Shown: one piece after another, positions 21,301 to 31,809 of the stretch
Position numbering within the stretch: the first letter of the stretch is position 1
Layout: each line of letters starts with the position of its first letter
Assembly: GCA_052055015.1 (NCBI GenBank)
Contig: JBQJIT010000059.1
DNA: 38,649 nucleotides
Source of the DNA: Malassezia furfur
Taxonomy: Eukaryota
Reading direction: 5' to 3' (one strand)
Notes under the pieces: model-generated
Told to the model about the DNA's origin: nothing
The model's input: the letters and a program-made list of their open reading frames with translations, nothing else
Database searches by the model: none
Program-made: the position numbers and the translations under genes

Positions 21301-21702
21301 GTGATTACCTGGTTCTCGCTGTTCCTGGCCTGGGAGGTGATCAACATGCGCCGCTCCTTCTTCCGCATGCACCACGACAAGCCGATCTGGTCGCAGTGGT
21401 TCTACGACACCTGGAAGAACAAGTTCCTGTTTGCCTGTGTGGTGCTTGGCTTTGTGAGCGTGTTCCCGATTCTGTACATCCCCGGCCTGAACAAGGTTGT
21501 GTTCCTCCACAAGGGACCCAATGGCTGGGAGTGGGGCATTATTTTCGTGTGCACCCTCTTGTTCTTTATCGGTGTCGAGTCGTGGAAGTTTGCCAAGCGC
21601 GTCTACTTCCGCCGCCGCGCCGCGAAGGAGGACAAGGGTCTTGACTTGCACAATGACGGAACGCAAGACTCTTATGATGAGAAGGCTGACAATAATGCGT
21701 AA
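18385..21702 (+). CDS. ENA1: P-type IID Na+/K+-exporting ATPase
   Basis: Intronless 1105 aa; LTGES, ICSDKTGTLTQGKM, DPPR, MLTGDH, MTGDGVNDSPSLK and the ENA-typical MIPASL, GDPTE and FPLSPVEIL. Confidence 0.96.
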   Translation: MSSNASDQASIQNEKGSNNQAPAQSGHEGQPAKDNKDVSREEALAHPHHFHANAVVRALGTDQLEGLSNNEAKSRLDTYGENMLDKGDNISITRILVNQVANSMTLVLIIAMIVALAIKSWIEGGVIAGVVGINVFVGFFQELSAEKTMNSLRSLASPTAQVVRSGSSTTINASEVVPGDILELSTGDTVPADCRILDMMNFETDEALLTGESLPVAKDHTQVFPPSDQGDEVGVGDRLNMAYSSSTVSKGRATLVVTATGMNTEIGRIAEALQGASKGNKIRSVKRNAYGKAKPHDYVRAGALTVWDQVLAFLGLTKGTPLQINLAKLAVLLFVIAVVFAIICFAANNWSDNEVIIYAVATGVSMIPASLTAVLTITMAMGSRAMVQRHVIVRKLESLEALGSITDICSDKTGTLTQGKMIVKKAWLPSIGQLAVAESNEPFNPHSADVTHTGGNPVDQEDGLHQKIEGDVVASDAQSKNLDQDKYKPLVDYVTIASICNLAKVFKDKETDEWKALGDPTECALQTFACRFGMGGHQLKIPHEDDDSEKESTAEWKLVAEYPFDSSVKRMAVTFHNTRTGEHRALMKGAVEMVLNACSEVQLDSKKAPLEEETKDDILKNMEALAKQGLRVLALAHRELSDGEVKKGDSLSRETVESRMTFVGLAGIYDPPRPESKGAVETCHRAGIEVHMLTGDHPGTARAIAEQVGIVAPASQIAQRYSKEMSDSLVMTATQFDRLSDEQIDRLPVLPLVIARCAPQTKVRMIEALHRRGRYCAMTGDGVNDSPSLKLSDVGIAMGEAGSDVAKDASDIVLTDDNFASIGNAIEEGRRMYANIQKFVLHLLSQNVAQACVLLIGLAFKDDTSLSVFPLSPVEILYVIMVTSGFPAMGLGMEQAAPDIMEQKPSTSRFGIFTLEVLFDLLVYGLWMAALCLATFSLVMYGWGNGDLGLDCNNKYNDSCDQVFRARGSTFAVITWFSLFLAWEVINMRRSFFRMHHDKPIWSQWFYDTWKNKFLFACVVLGFVSVFPILYIPGLNKVVFLHKGPNGWEWGIIFVCTLLFFIGVESWKFAKRVYFRRRAAKEDKGLDLHNDGTQDSYDEKADNNA

Positions 21703-21766
21703 TGCACGCCGCGACGCGTATTGTAGAGTAGAGATGATTTAGGGGATACCATTTTTCTTTGGAGCA

Positions 21767-22917
21767 CTATACAAGGTACCGGCGGGGGCGCTTGGCCACC
21801 CCGCCTTCGTCTACGGCGCCGCGCAGCCGCGCCGTGTACAGGTTTGCACTGGGAAGCCGACTGTCATTGGACGCGAGCGAGGCATACCAACTCAGCTTGT
21901 AGTTCACCGCACGCAGCAGCGGTTTCTTGGTATCGAGCATCTTGGCTGAACTTTCCCGGTGCGCCTCGCTGGGCTCGGGCACCACATCATCCGAGGCCGG
22001 TGCAGATGCTTGCGCTGGCGTACTGGACACGGCAGACGGACCGGCATCGGGACCGGCCAGTGCATCGGCCGGCGCCGCCGCTTCGGTCCCGGCTGCGGGC
22101 GGCGCAGCGGTCGCTGCGGGCCGGGCAACTTCGCCTTCCGCCTCGTGCTTGGGCTCAGTGGTCTCTGCGGACGAGCTCGCAGGCTCGGCTTCGATGGCCA
22201 TCGCCGCATCGTCCGCACGCGACTTGGGCTCGAGCTCCGGCAGGGCGGCCTTGTCGGTCTCTCGGATCAGGCGGCGCAGTGACGCTTCGACGAGGCGCGC
22301 ATTGTCCAACTTGCGGTTCACGAGCTGGATCATCGGCAACTCAGAGAGCATCTGCGTCGCATACACCGGGGTGAACATCCAGCAGTGCCGCGGCGGCTGC
22401 GGCGGAAGATGATCGGGCACAATATCGCTCATCAGCTTTTCCCACACCGACTGCTCATCGTCGTCATCGCGGCTCTTTCCCTCGTCGTCCGACGGGAGGA
22501 AATCGGCCGTTGGATCCGCCCATACCTCGGGCCCATGCCGTGCGCGCGCCGCACGAACCGGCGTACGATGCGAGCGTTCGGCGGTGGTTTGTTGGGCATA
22601 GGCCATGAGCGGCGGCGTGTCCATCCCGAGGTAGGCAAACGTCTGTAGTACGTCATGCACTGTCGGTGACTGCCGATTCGCCTGTGCAGCAAACTGTGCG
22701 GTGCTGCGTGCGAGAGTCATCATGACTGCGTGAGTGCACGCGACCTACAATCATCCACGAGTTCGGTCAGCCGACGCACGGCGCTCGACTGTGCGCCTTT
22801 GTATCCCGTTCGTCGAGCCACCTTCGCGATCAGCTCATGCACGGCATGGTCGACGTCTTCGGCGCCGAGATCGGGCGGCGCCGCGTCCGGCGGCTGGAAT
22901 GTCGCGACCCCTCCCAT
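21767..22917 (-). CDS. TAF8: TFIID subunit 8-like (histone-fold/BTP domain plus TAF8 C-terminal motif); intron 22726-22748
   Basis: Spliced histone-fold-like region GYKGAQSSAVRRLTELVDD|FMMTLARSTAQFAAQANRQSPTVHDV and TAF8_C-like VPDHLPPQPPRHCWMFTPVY; basic C-terminal NLS-like KRPRR. Confidence 0.75.
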
Positions 22918-23035
22918 GCTGCTGGAGGGCGACGGCGGAGTGCGCGTGCGTACTCTCGGCCGAAGTTGCCGGATGCTTCGAGCCGCCGCCGCGGTACGTG
23001 CACGGGCAGGAACGTTGGTGGGAAAGCGCAGGATC

Positions 23036-23467
23036 ATGTCGTTTTCGCCGCCTTACCAGTATATGGATGCCGATACGCTCGCTTCCGAACTACGGAGGCG
23101 CACACAGGCGCCCAATTCGATCGCTGTCGTGGATGTGCGTGACGACGACTACGAGGGCGGGCACATCGTAGGTGCCATCCATGCGCCGTCAGGCACATTT
23201 CTGACCCGTGTCGACTCGCTCGTCGGCAAGGAGCTGCAAGACTACGAGCGCGTCGTGTTTCACTGCTCGCTGTCGCAACAGCGTGGCCCGAAATCCGCCC
23301 GAATTTACCGCGAGACACGCGACGCTGCGCAGGCCGCAGGCCGCGTACCGACCAAGGAGCAGGCCATCTTTGTGCTTCGCGATGGGTTTGCGCACTTTGG
23401 TCCCAAGTTCAAGAATGAGCGCGACCTCGTGGAGGATTGGGACGAGGAGGCGTGGGAATGGCGCTGA
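23036..23467 (+). CDS. YCH1: Cdc25-like rhodanese-fold phosphatase/arsenate reductase (Ych1/Ibp1/Acr2 family)
   Basis: VVDVRDDDYEGGHIVGA, HCSLSQQRGP (CX5R active site), VLRDGF. Confidence 0.88.
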   Translation: MSFSPPYQYMDADTLASELRRRTQAPNSIAVVDVRDDDYEGGHIVGAIHAPSGTFLTRVDSLVGKELQDYERVVFHCSLSQQRGPKSARIYRETRDAAQAAGRVPTKEQAIFVLRDGFAHFGPKFKNERDLVEDWDEEAWEWR

Positions 23468-23745
23468 GTGGTACCGCGCCCGGTGCCGGATAGGCCTATT
23501 GCATGAATAGAGGCAACTGTGATGCTATGTAGCGTGCCCCAGCAAAGCCGCGCCCGTCCTAGGGGGGCAAGGGGACTGGCGTTGGCGGTCGCCGTCCCTT
23601 CTCCACAGAAGGGCCTGCATGCATGGGCTAGGCATGACGTTCGGCATTAACCGCCACCCAATGCATGCGCTGCGGCGCCCATGTGGAGGTTGATTGCATC
23701 CTCTAGTGGCGCCCCAATGACTTGGCATCTTGGCTTCATGCGACA

Positions 23746-25680
23746 ATGGGTAGCGATGTGACACCGAGCGACTCTGGGTCGGGCGCCAGCACGCCGCCCA
23801 GAGTTTCGTGCCCGAGTACGCCGAACCATGTACATTATACGCCTGTGACTGCAGCGGCGCTGGCGGCGCTGTCCGACTCGATTGAGGGCGGCCCGGCGCT
23901 GCGAGCGTCGGAATCGTCGCGGCCACCGAGTATTTCAGACCACAGCGAGGGTACTCATACGGCGGCGCATACGGCGGTGGATGCGGTATGTGGCGTTTGA
24001 CTGACTCAGCTCGACCTCCAATTCTCGCTGCCGTACTGGCTGGCGTACCTGCGGTCGGAAGCCGCGCGGCATGCCCACGACATTGATCAGCGGATGCACG
24101 CGATTCTTGAGAGCCCCGACAGTAACGACAATTTGCTCAAAGCGTCGATCTCGATGATGACGCATCAGCTGGATGTCGTGTACCATGCACTCGGCAACCT
24201 GTCGCAGCGGCTGCCGATGGGTCCCAGTGCGCTGTACGACAGTCTTCCGTCGCAGTCCGACCTGTCGCACAAGCTGCAGAAGCTCATGAAGGACTGGGAA
24301 CAGCATGCACACCTGCCGCACTCGCCGCGCCTCCCCCAGACCGGCCCGCTGTCGTTTGGCTCGCTCGGGTGGAATGCATCGATGGAGCAGGATGCGACGG
24401 CCAGTGTGCCTGCATGGTCGTACTCGTCACCGTTCGGCCTCATCCCGAGCGACTGGGCATCGATGGTGCACATGCCGAGCCGCGAGCAGGTCAGCGACGA
24501 GGTGCACCGCCACCTGCACGCTTTTGTCGAACAGATGCACAGCATGCCGGCACGCCTAAGCCAGACGGCTCTGCCCACGAGCCTTGCAGCGTGGGAGGCG
24601 CCCGCCTCGGAGCTGTTCCACCGCGTCGAAGAGAAGCTCGGCGAGATGAGTGAGCAGGGCCGTGCGGGTGCATCGCATCTGGTGCAGCGCGCGAACCAGG
24701 CGGTGCACGACGTGGAGGATGTGCTGTACCAGGCGGCCTGCGAGCTGGCTCGCGAGGGGCGCGTGCTCATTTCTTACCAGTCACTGCCGACGCTGTGGCG
24801 CAACAACGACTGCATTCACACGGGCTACCGCTTCATCCCCGTGCGCAACTGGACGACGCTGCTGGGCAGCATTTTCCAAATCCACAATGAGACGGGCAAC
24901 ATTCATACGCACCTCGGCGGGCTCATTTTGGTCGGGGCGCTGTTCTGGTTCAGCGGCTCGCTCGACTCGCTCACCACCACGACGGACCGCTGGATCCAGA
25001 CGGTGTACCTGCTCGCGGCGGCCAAGTGCCTCGTGTGTTCCGTGTCGTGGCACGTCATGGCAGGGTGTGCAGACCTGAACTGGTTCCAGTGCTTTGCATG
25101 CATCGACTACACAGGCATCTCGTGGCTCGTGGCCGCGTCGCTGCTCACGCTCGTATACAACGGCTTCTACTGCCAGCCGAACCTGATCGCCATTTACTCG
25201 GTCGGGGTGTTTTTGCTGGGCACCACAATGGGCGTGTTGCCATGGTACCCGTGGTTTGACGACCCCAAGAACCGCTCGCTGCGCATCTCGCTGTTTGTCA
25301 TTATGGCGCTCGTGGGGCTGGTGCCGTTTACGCACGGGATGTACCTGCACGGCTTCCAGCACATGGCCTACTTCTTCTCGCCTATCATCCCCAGCATCGC
25401 ATCGTACATCGCCGGGGTCGTGGTGTATGCCATGCGCTTCCCCGAGAAGTACTGGCCGGGGCGCTTCGATTTGCTAGGCCACTCGCACCAGATGTGGCAC
25501 ATTGCCATCGTGCTCGCCATCGGGCTGCACTACCGCGCCATCCTGCTTTTCCACAAGGACCGCTTTACCTACAGCCAGGTGGACGGCACCTGCCCGTCGT
25601 TTGCGGACAGCCTGCCGTGGAGCAACACGGCGGCCGGCGGATGGTGGCCCCAGGCCGGCAAGGCCCTTGGCGCCCTGTAG
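23746..25680 (+). CDS. PAQR/haemolysin-III (IZH/adiponectin receptor-like) membrane protein with long N-terminus; intron 23986-24009
   Basis: W..N..IHTGYR, HNETGNIHTH, S..WH, DYTGIS, RFPEKYWPGRFDLLGHSHQMWH and about seven hydrophobic segments; the long N-terminus resembles Izh3-type members. Confidence 0.9.
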
Positions 25681-25752
25681 ATAACGTTCGTACACACAAA
25701 TCCAAGTCAAAGAGCCGCTCAGTATGCTTCCCGAGCCGCTACGGTATCTGCA

Positions 25753-27077
25753 TTATGCATTCTTGTTCGCCGTGGTCGGTTCCGAATCGGACACGTCCTT
25801 GGCGACGCTCGCGACCGCCGCGTCGACCCCAGCGCCCTCCCCCTCTTCTTCCTCGGCGCTCTGGCCAGCAAGCACGCGGGGGATCGCCGAAAGCAGGCCG
25901 CCCGAGCCCAGGCCGTTGAACGACAGCGCCATGTTGCGCTGCGCCGCGCTGCTGCCACCGAACAGCGACTGCGACCCGTTGTTTTGCTGCAGTTGCGTGC
26001 GGAACACGGGCGGGACCGACTCGGGGGTTTCGTAGCCGACCTTGTTGTCCACGCGCTCCTTGATCCACGCATACCACTCGTCTTTGGTGCGGTTGCCGAG
26101 CATGGCGACAACCAGGAGTGTCATCTGGGGGTAAGCACGACGCGCCGACGTACATTATCGCATCCAATGCCACCCACTTCCGCGTCTGGCGCCAAGCAGC
26201 GGTCAATGATGTCCTCTGTGATCGTGTCGAGCTCCTTGCCCTGCGCAACACCTCTCCGGACCAGGTCCACGACCTGCTGGTTCGACAGGCAGTCCCAGAT
26301 GCCGTCGCATGCCAGCACCAGGAACTCTTCCTCACCCGTGTAATCGTGCGAGATCACCTGCGGATCGGCCGTGACAATCTGTTGCTCGGCAGGGAGAGAC
26401 GAGTTTTGCTTGAATTCAAAGTCGCCCAGCGCACGGCTCAGGGCCAGGTTGCCGTTCACACGGTCAAACTCGACAAAACCGCCCGCGTTGTGAATGCGCG
26501 CGTGCTCCTCGGGGTTGCTCGGCTTGTGGTCGTAGCTCATCGGCTTCGCCTCACCGGCCAAGCCCAAGATACAGCGCGAGTCACCCGAGTTGGCACAGTA
26601 GATCCTCCGGCCCTTGGGCGTGCTCGACTCGGGCACCAGGAGGGCGACCACCGCCGTACAGCCCGACGTGTCGTTGGCATACACCGGGTCTGCGTTAGTC
26701 AGGCCACCTACCAACACGCAGGTCCTCGTCCGTCTTCAAAAATGCGCGGCGCAGCGCCGCCTCCCAGTGGTGCTCCTTGAACTCGGCGAGATCGGCGAGG
26801 CGCTTGTGCACCGTGCGGCCAGCATAGCGAGCGACGTTGGCGCCTAGAGTCAGCACATTGCGCGCAACCTACCGCCATGGCCGTCGTACACCCCGAAGAA
26901 GCTCACACGCTCGTTCGAGGGCACGTTGGCGTCCTCGGGAAGGTTGAGCACGGCAGCGTGCGCATCTTCCATCGAAATGCGCCAGCCCTGCATGTCGGAC
27001 ACGCAGTACAGATGGCGGTCGTCCTCACCACGGGAAGTGCGCTTCTCCGTGATGGGCTCAGAAAGAATTTGTCCCAT
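25753..27077 (-). CDS. PTC2: Protein phosphatase 2C (Ptc2/Ptc3 type); introns 26844-26872, 26690-26711, 26125-26153
   Basis: MGQILSEP, MQGWRISMEDAH, FFGVYDGHG|G, SGCTA, ANSGDSR, RVNGNLALSRALGDFEFK, LACDGIWDC, GIGCDN|MT. Confidence 0.94.
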
Positions 27078-27222
27078 GCTGGTTAAAGTTGGCTTTGCTC
27101 AACGGTCTGGACACCCAAGCGCACTTCCTGGGGTAAGACGAGGGGACAGCGTAGTGCGACTATCGTCTGGGCCAACTGCACTGTTTGGCGCGCAGCGGGG
27201 CAAGGCGCATCGGCCGAGATCG

Positions 27223-27230
27223 CACGTGAC
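27223..27230. promoter_or_regulatory. CACGTGAC E-box in the PP2C/eIF3i bidirectional gap
   Basis: Exact match read directly. Confidence 0.5.
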
Positions 27231-27283
27231 GGCCCGTTTTAGTTTTGCACGGCGAGCGCGTCGTCTCCAGCACGGACGAGAAG

Positions 27284-28351
27284 ATGGTGCGTATGGCATG
27301 GCTGACCTAGCGTCCTATTGTGCTCTCGGGTCATACCCGTTCGCTGAACCAGATCAAATTCAACCGCGAGGGCGATCTGCTATTCTCGGTGTCTAAGGAT
27401 AATGTGGTGAACGTGTGGTTCTCGCACAACGGCGAGCGCCTCGGCACGTACAATGGCCACAACGGTACCGTGTGGTCGGTCGACGTCGACAACAACTCCA
27501 AGCTGCTCATCACCGGGTCGGCAGACAACCAGATGCGTCTTTGGGACGTGCAGACGGGACAGTGCCTCTACACGTGGGAGTTCCCCACCGCCGTCAAGTG
27601 CGTGCAGTTCAACCGCGACGGCTCCGAGGTGCTCAGCATCACCGAGGAGCGCAGCGGCCACCGCGGAGCGCTCCGCGTCTTCAAAATCAACCGTGACCCA
27701 GCGACGTGGACCAAGCAGTCCACGGAGCCGATGCGCACCATCACCTTCTCGGGGTCCAAGGCGACCGTCGCCTCCTTCGACGCGCTCGACCAGCATATCA
27801 TCACGGGCCACGAAAGCGGCAAGGTGGCGCTGTACAGCCACGACTCGGAGAACCCGGAGACGGGCATCGACGCCGAGCTCGAGCTGAAGCACACCGACGC
27901 GCACACCGAAACCATCACGGACCTCCAGTTGGGCTGGGACAAGACATACCTACTTACGAGCAGCAAGGACAAGTCGTCCAAGCTCCTGGACGCGTTCACT
28001 CTGGACGTGAAAAAGACATACATGACCGACACGCCGCTGAACTCGGCGATCGCGCACCCGACGCGGCCCTACGTGATTGTCGGCGGTGGTCAGGAGGCCA
28101 TGAGTGTCACGACAACCAGCGCTCGCCAGGGCAAGTTCGAGTCCCGGTTCTGGCACAAAATCTTTGAGGAGGAGTGCGCGCGTCTTCCGGGCCACTTCGG
28201 TCCCATTAACACGCTCGCCATTCACCCGACCGGCAAGGCGTACGCGAGCGGCGGAGAAGACGGCTACGTCCGCGTCAACTGGTTTGACCCGACTTTCTTC
28301 ACGGCGAAGCCGTACGGGAACGAGTTCGAGGTGCCCGACGAAGACGAGTAG
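27284..28351 (+). CDS. TIF34: Translation initiation factor eIF3 subunit i (WD40); first coding exon is the ATG alone, intron 27287-27310
   Basis: Splicing gives M|RPIVLSGHTRSLNQIKFNREGDLLFS; GGGQEAMSVTTT, GHFGPINTLA, SGGEDGYVR. Confidence 0.96.
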
Positions 28352-28399
28352 TGTGGAATAGTGATACCAAGCTTGCCTACCTTCGACCTTCGTGTCGGT

Positions 28400-28407
28400 G
28401 TCACGTG
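28400..28407. promoter_or_regulatory. GTCACGTG E-box just upstream of PCH2
   Basis: Exact match 23 nt before the inferred ATG at 28431. Confidence 0.45.
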
Positions 28408-28430
28408 CGCAACGCGTCTTGGAAGAAGCG

Positions 28431-29752
28431 ATGAACACGGTGGGGTTGGCGGACGCGTCGGACGTCGTGCATGGTACGCCATACCGCTCATTCAGTCGAG
28501 GTATGCCAGCGATACGACTCGATACGCGATGAAGAAGATGTGCGTCGCGAAGTCGCCGAGCTCGTTGCGCAAAAAGGCGCCTACACCACGGAGCAGGGGC
28601 TCGACGTGAGCAACACGGACCTGCTGGACGACGTCGAGCGCGTCTATGTGGCCGAGAGTGGTACGTCAACACTCTGACACAAAAGACAAGGGTGCAACAC
28701 GCGTCACACCGGGTACACCTGTACAAATCCATGTCTACCGACCATGCCCGACCGACAACGTCGACGAATTCGGCGTCGGCGACGCAGACAGCCAAGGCGC
28801 AGATAACAGCGTGGCGGCCACCCTTACCGAGCTCCCGAACCGCGCACTGGATGGCGTGTGGGAAACGTATGTGCCAGTACACTCACCATGCAGCCTTGTA
28901 TACAACGACGACGTCAAGGCGCGTCTGCTTCATTACATATATACCACGATGCAGTTCGCGGCGAGCGGCATCGATGCGAACATCATCACATGCAACCGGA
29001 TGGTGCTGCTACACGGTCCCCCGGGCACAGGAAAGACGACGCTTAGTCGTGCCCTTGCACAAAAACTCGCCATTCGCCTCAGCGCTCAATACACCCACGG
29101 CAAGCTCGTCGAGATCAACTCGCATTCCCTCTTTTCCAAGTGGTTCTCCGAGTCGGGCAAGCTTGTGCATCGCCTGTTCGAACTAATCAACGAGCTCCTC
29201 GCGGACGACACGGGCTTTGTCGTGGTGCTCATCGACGAAATCGAGTCGCTCACGAAGGCGCGCGCGTCGGCTGCCGCAGGAGTCGAGCCGTCCGACTCGA
29301 TCCGCGTCGTGAATGCGCTGCTTACCGAGCTGGACAAGCTCAAGTACAAACAAAACGTACTGGTCATGACGACGTCCAATCTGTCTGAGACCATCGACGC
29401 GGCGTTCTTGGACCGCGCCGATATCCGGCAGTACATTGGGCTGCCCGGCAGTGAGGCCGTCTACCGCATCCTCGGCTCGTGCCTCACCGAGCTGATGCGC
29501 GTACGCCTTGCACAGCCAGAGCCACTTGCTCCCTATGAGGAAGCACGCACGGCATCTGGTGCCTCGGCGGCCCTACTCGACCTCGCCGATGCATGCCGCG
29601 GCGCATCTGGCCGCTCCTTGCGTCGCCTGCCGGTGCTGGCGCATGCGCGGCACCTCGCATCTTATACACAGCCGTCTGCACTCGACTGGGTCCATGCGCT
29701 GCAGCAAGCATGGGCCGAGATGCAGCGCGAAGCATCACAGGCATCCTCATAG
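28431..29752 (+). CDS. PCH2: Pachytene checkpoint AAA+ ATPase (TRIP13 homolog); introns 28474-28495, 28661-28685, 28867-28893
   Basis: Spliced VVH|VEV and LDGVWET|LVY; NRMVLLHGPPGTGKTTL.RALAQKLAIR, EINSHSLFSKWFSESGKLV, VLIDEIESL, EPSDSIRVVNALLT, AFLDRAD. Confidence 0.93.
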
Positions 29753-29770
29753 CCATGTACGGGTATCAAA

Positions 29771-31740
29771 CTAAGGACTGCTCGGCGCACCGTTGGGTGC
29801 GTCTGCACCGCTCTTGGCGTGCCAAAACGCCATGCGGTCCTTTTTGCTCAGCGCCGAGTTCCGCTCGCGCTTGGCGCGCCCGACAATCGACATGCCCTGG
29901 GTGCGCGCCGGCGGAGCCGCCGGGGCCTCTGCGACATCGCTGTCGCTTGACTCGGTGACGAACGGCGCGTCGCTTGCGATCAGGTCCGCATCCGAGTCGT
30001 CCGACGTGGCGGCGGCAGGCGGCGCCGTATACATATCGCGCGCACGCTTGCGGGCAGGCGGCGCGGATGCAGCGTACTTGGAGTCTTCGTCCGACGACGC
30101 GTCGCCCCGCTTCGCTTTGCGGCGTACCGGCTCCTCGGCCGTGTGGATGGAGATCGAGTCTTCGTCTTGAGGGCGTACGGCGGCCTCCTGCTCGGCCTGG
30201 CGCGCGGCGTCCGCGGCGTCGGCCTGGGCACGGCGGTCGCGCAGCAGCGCCTTTTGCTCCTTTCGCTGTGCCTTGCGCTCAGCCTTGCGCTCGGCCTTGC
30301 GTTCAGCCTTGGCGCGCTTGGTCGCCGCCTCGTCGTCACTCGACTCGGCAGCGCCACTCGAGACCACTCCCTCGCCGGTGCGCTGGACGGGCGGGAACTC
30401 GGCGAGGCGTTCTTGCAGCGTGTTCGACTCGTACAGCTCCTTGATCTCGGTGCGACGCTTGATCATCTCGCGTGACACGCCCAGCACCGTACCGAGCAGG
30501 CTTTCGGGCTCCTTGTTCTGGCTCGCAATGTGCAGCCGCGAATCGCCGGCATCACCAAAGTGTGTGTGCTTGTTTTGCTGCTGCGCGTCATGCAAGGCGC
30601 GTTGCCGAGCACGGAAGGACTGCAAATCGTTTGCACGCTCACACAATGCCGCCTGCAAAATGTCAAAGGCGCCTCCGAGTGCCGAACGGACGCTGATGAT
30701 GGCAAACGAGCCTTTTGCGACATCGTTGCCAATGTCGTGCGGGTCTTCGATGCACAGCATAAACGGCTTGCGCGCATCGAACCAGCCGCGCTTGCGCTTG
30801 CTAAAGTAGCCACCAAGTCCACGCACGGTGATGCCGCACTCGTCGTACCCAAAGTTTTTGCCGTACAGCTCGAGGAACTCGAGGAGCAGTGTCCCCAAAT
30901 TGCGCTCCGCGGCGATTTCCTCGCGCTGCAGCTTGGGGTGGAGCTGGAGGAAGGAGAGTACGAGCAGCGTCACGCTGTAGCTCCCGATCCCGCCCGTGAA
31001 TACCTCGGAGAGCGCACGCTGCTGGAGCAGCTGCTTGACGACCATCACCAGCGGCCGCAGTCCTGGAAGTTTGGCGAGCCACCGGTTGACCAGGCGCGCG
31101 GCCTGCAGGCCATTCGCCTGGTTGATCGAAATATCCACATGAAAATGGCCGTATGGGCACACGAACTTGATGATGGGCACTTTGGCGCGCGCAATGACTT
31201 GGATCTGTTCCGCGAGCCGATGCGCACGAAGACACCCCGCGATGCTGCGCAGCGTCGCTTCACGCGGGCGCTGGTCCATCGACTTGGATAGCACGACGAG
31301 ATCGATATCGCTGCGGGTCAGCCTCGGCATAGGACGTACCCTTGCGGCAGGTACAGCTGTGTGTCCTGGCTGCCAAACGAGCGCACTTCGGCATCCGGCC
31401 ATTCCGAGCACAGCGCACGCTGGAGCAGCTCGATGACCATCATGCGACACGCATGCTCTTCTTGTGTGGGACAAATCCACTGTGCATATGTGCGCACCTC
31501 GGCATTGAGCCTGCGTTAGCGTCTCACGTACATTTCGGCGACGTTGCGGTAGCGATGCCACTCGACCTGGGTCGCCCACGGCGTGCTGCGTGCAGACGCG
31601 TGCTCGCGTACAGCATCGTCCACCGTCTTCACGGTACGCTCGCGCTCCTCCGACTGGTCTACATCGCTGCCTTCGCCGAGGTCGAACGCGATAAAGTCGT
31701 CCGTACCGAAGCCACCGGCCTCGCCGTCCTCCACGGCCAT
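29771..31740 (-). CDS. TRF4: Non-canonical poly(A) polymerase of the TRAMP complex (Trf4/Cid14); introns 31511-31531 and 31311-31339
   Basis: Spliced AEM|LNAEV...FGSQDTQLYLPQG|DIDLVV; AKVPIIKF, VDISIN, EVFTGGIGSYS, NLGTLLLEFLELYG, IEDPHD..ND. Confidence 0.92.
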
Positions 31741-31809
31741 CGTCAAAAGACCCGATCCCCCGATCGTGTGTTTTCGTCGCTCCACACGCACCCTTGTCGC
31801 GCCCGGAGG

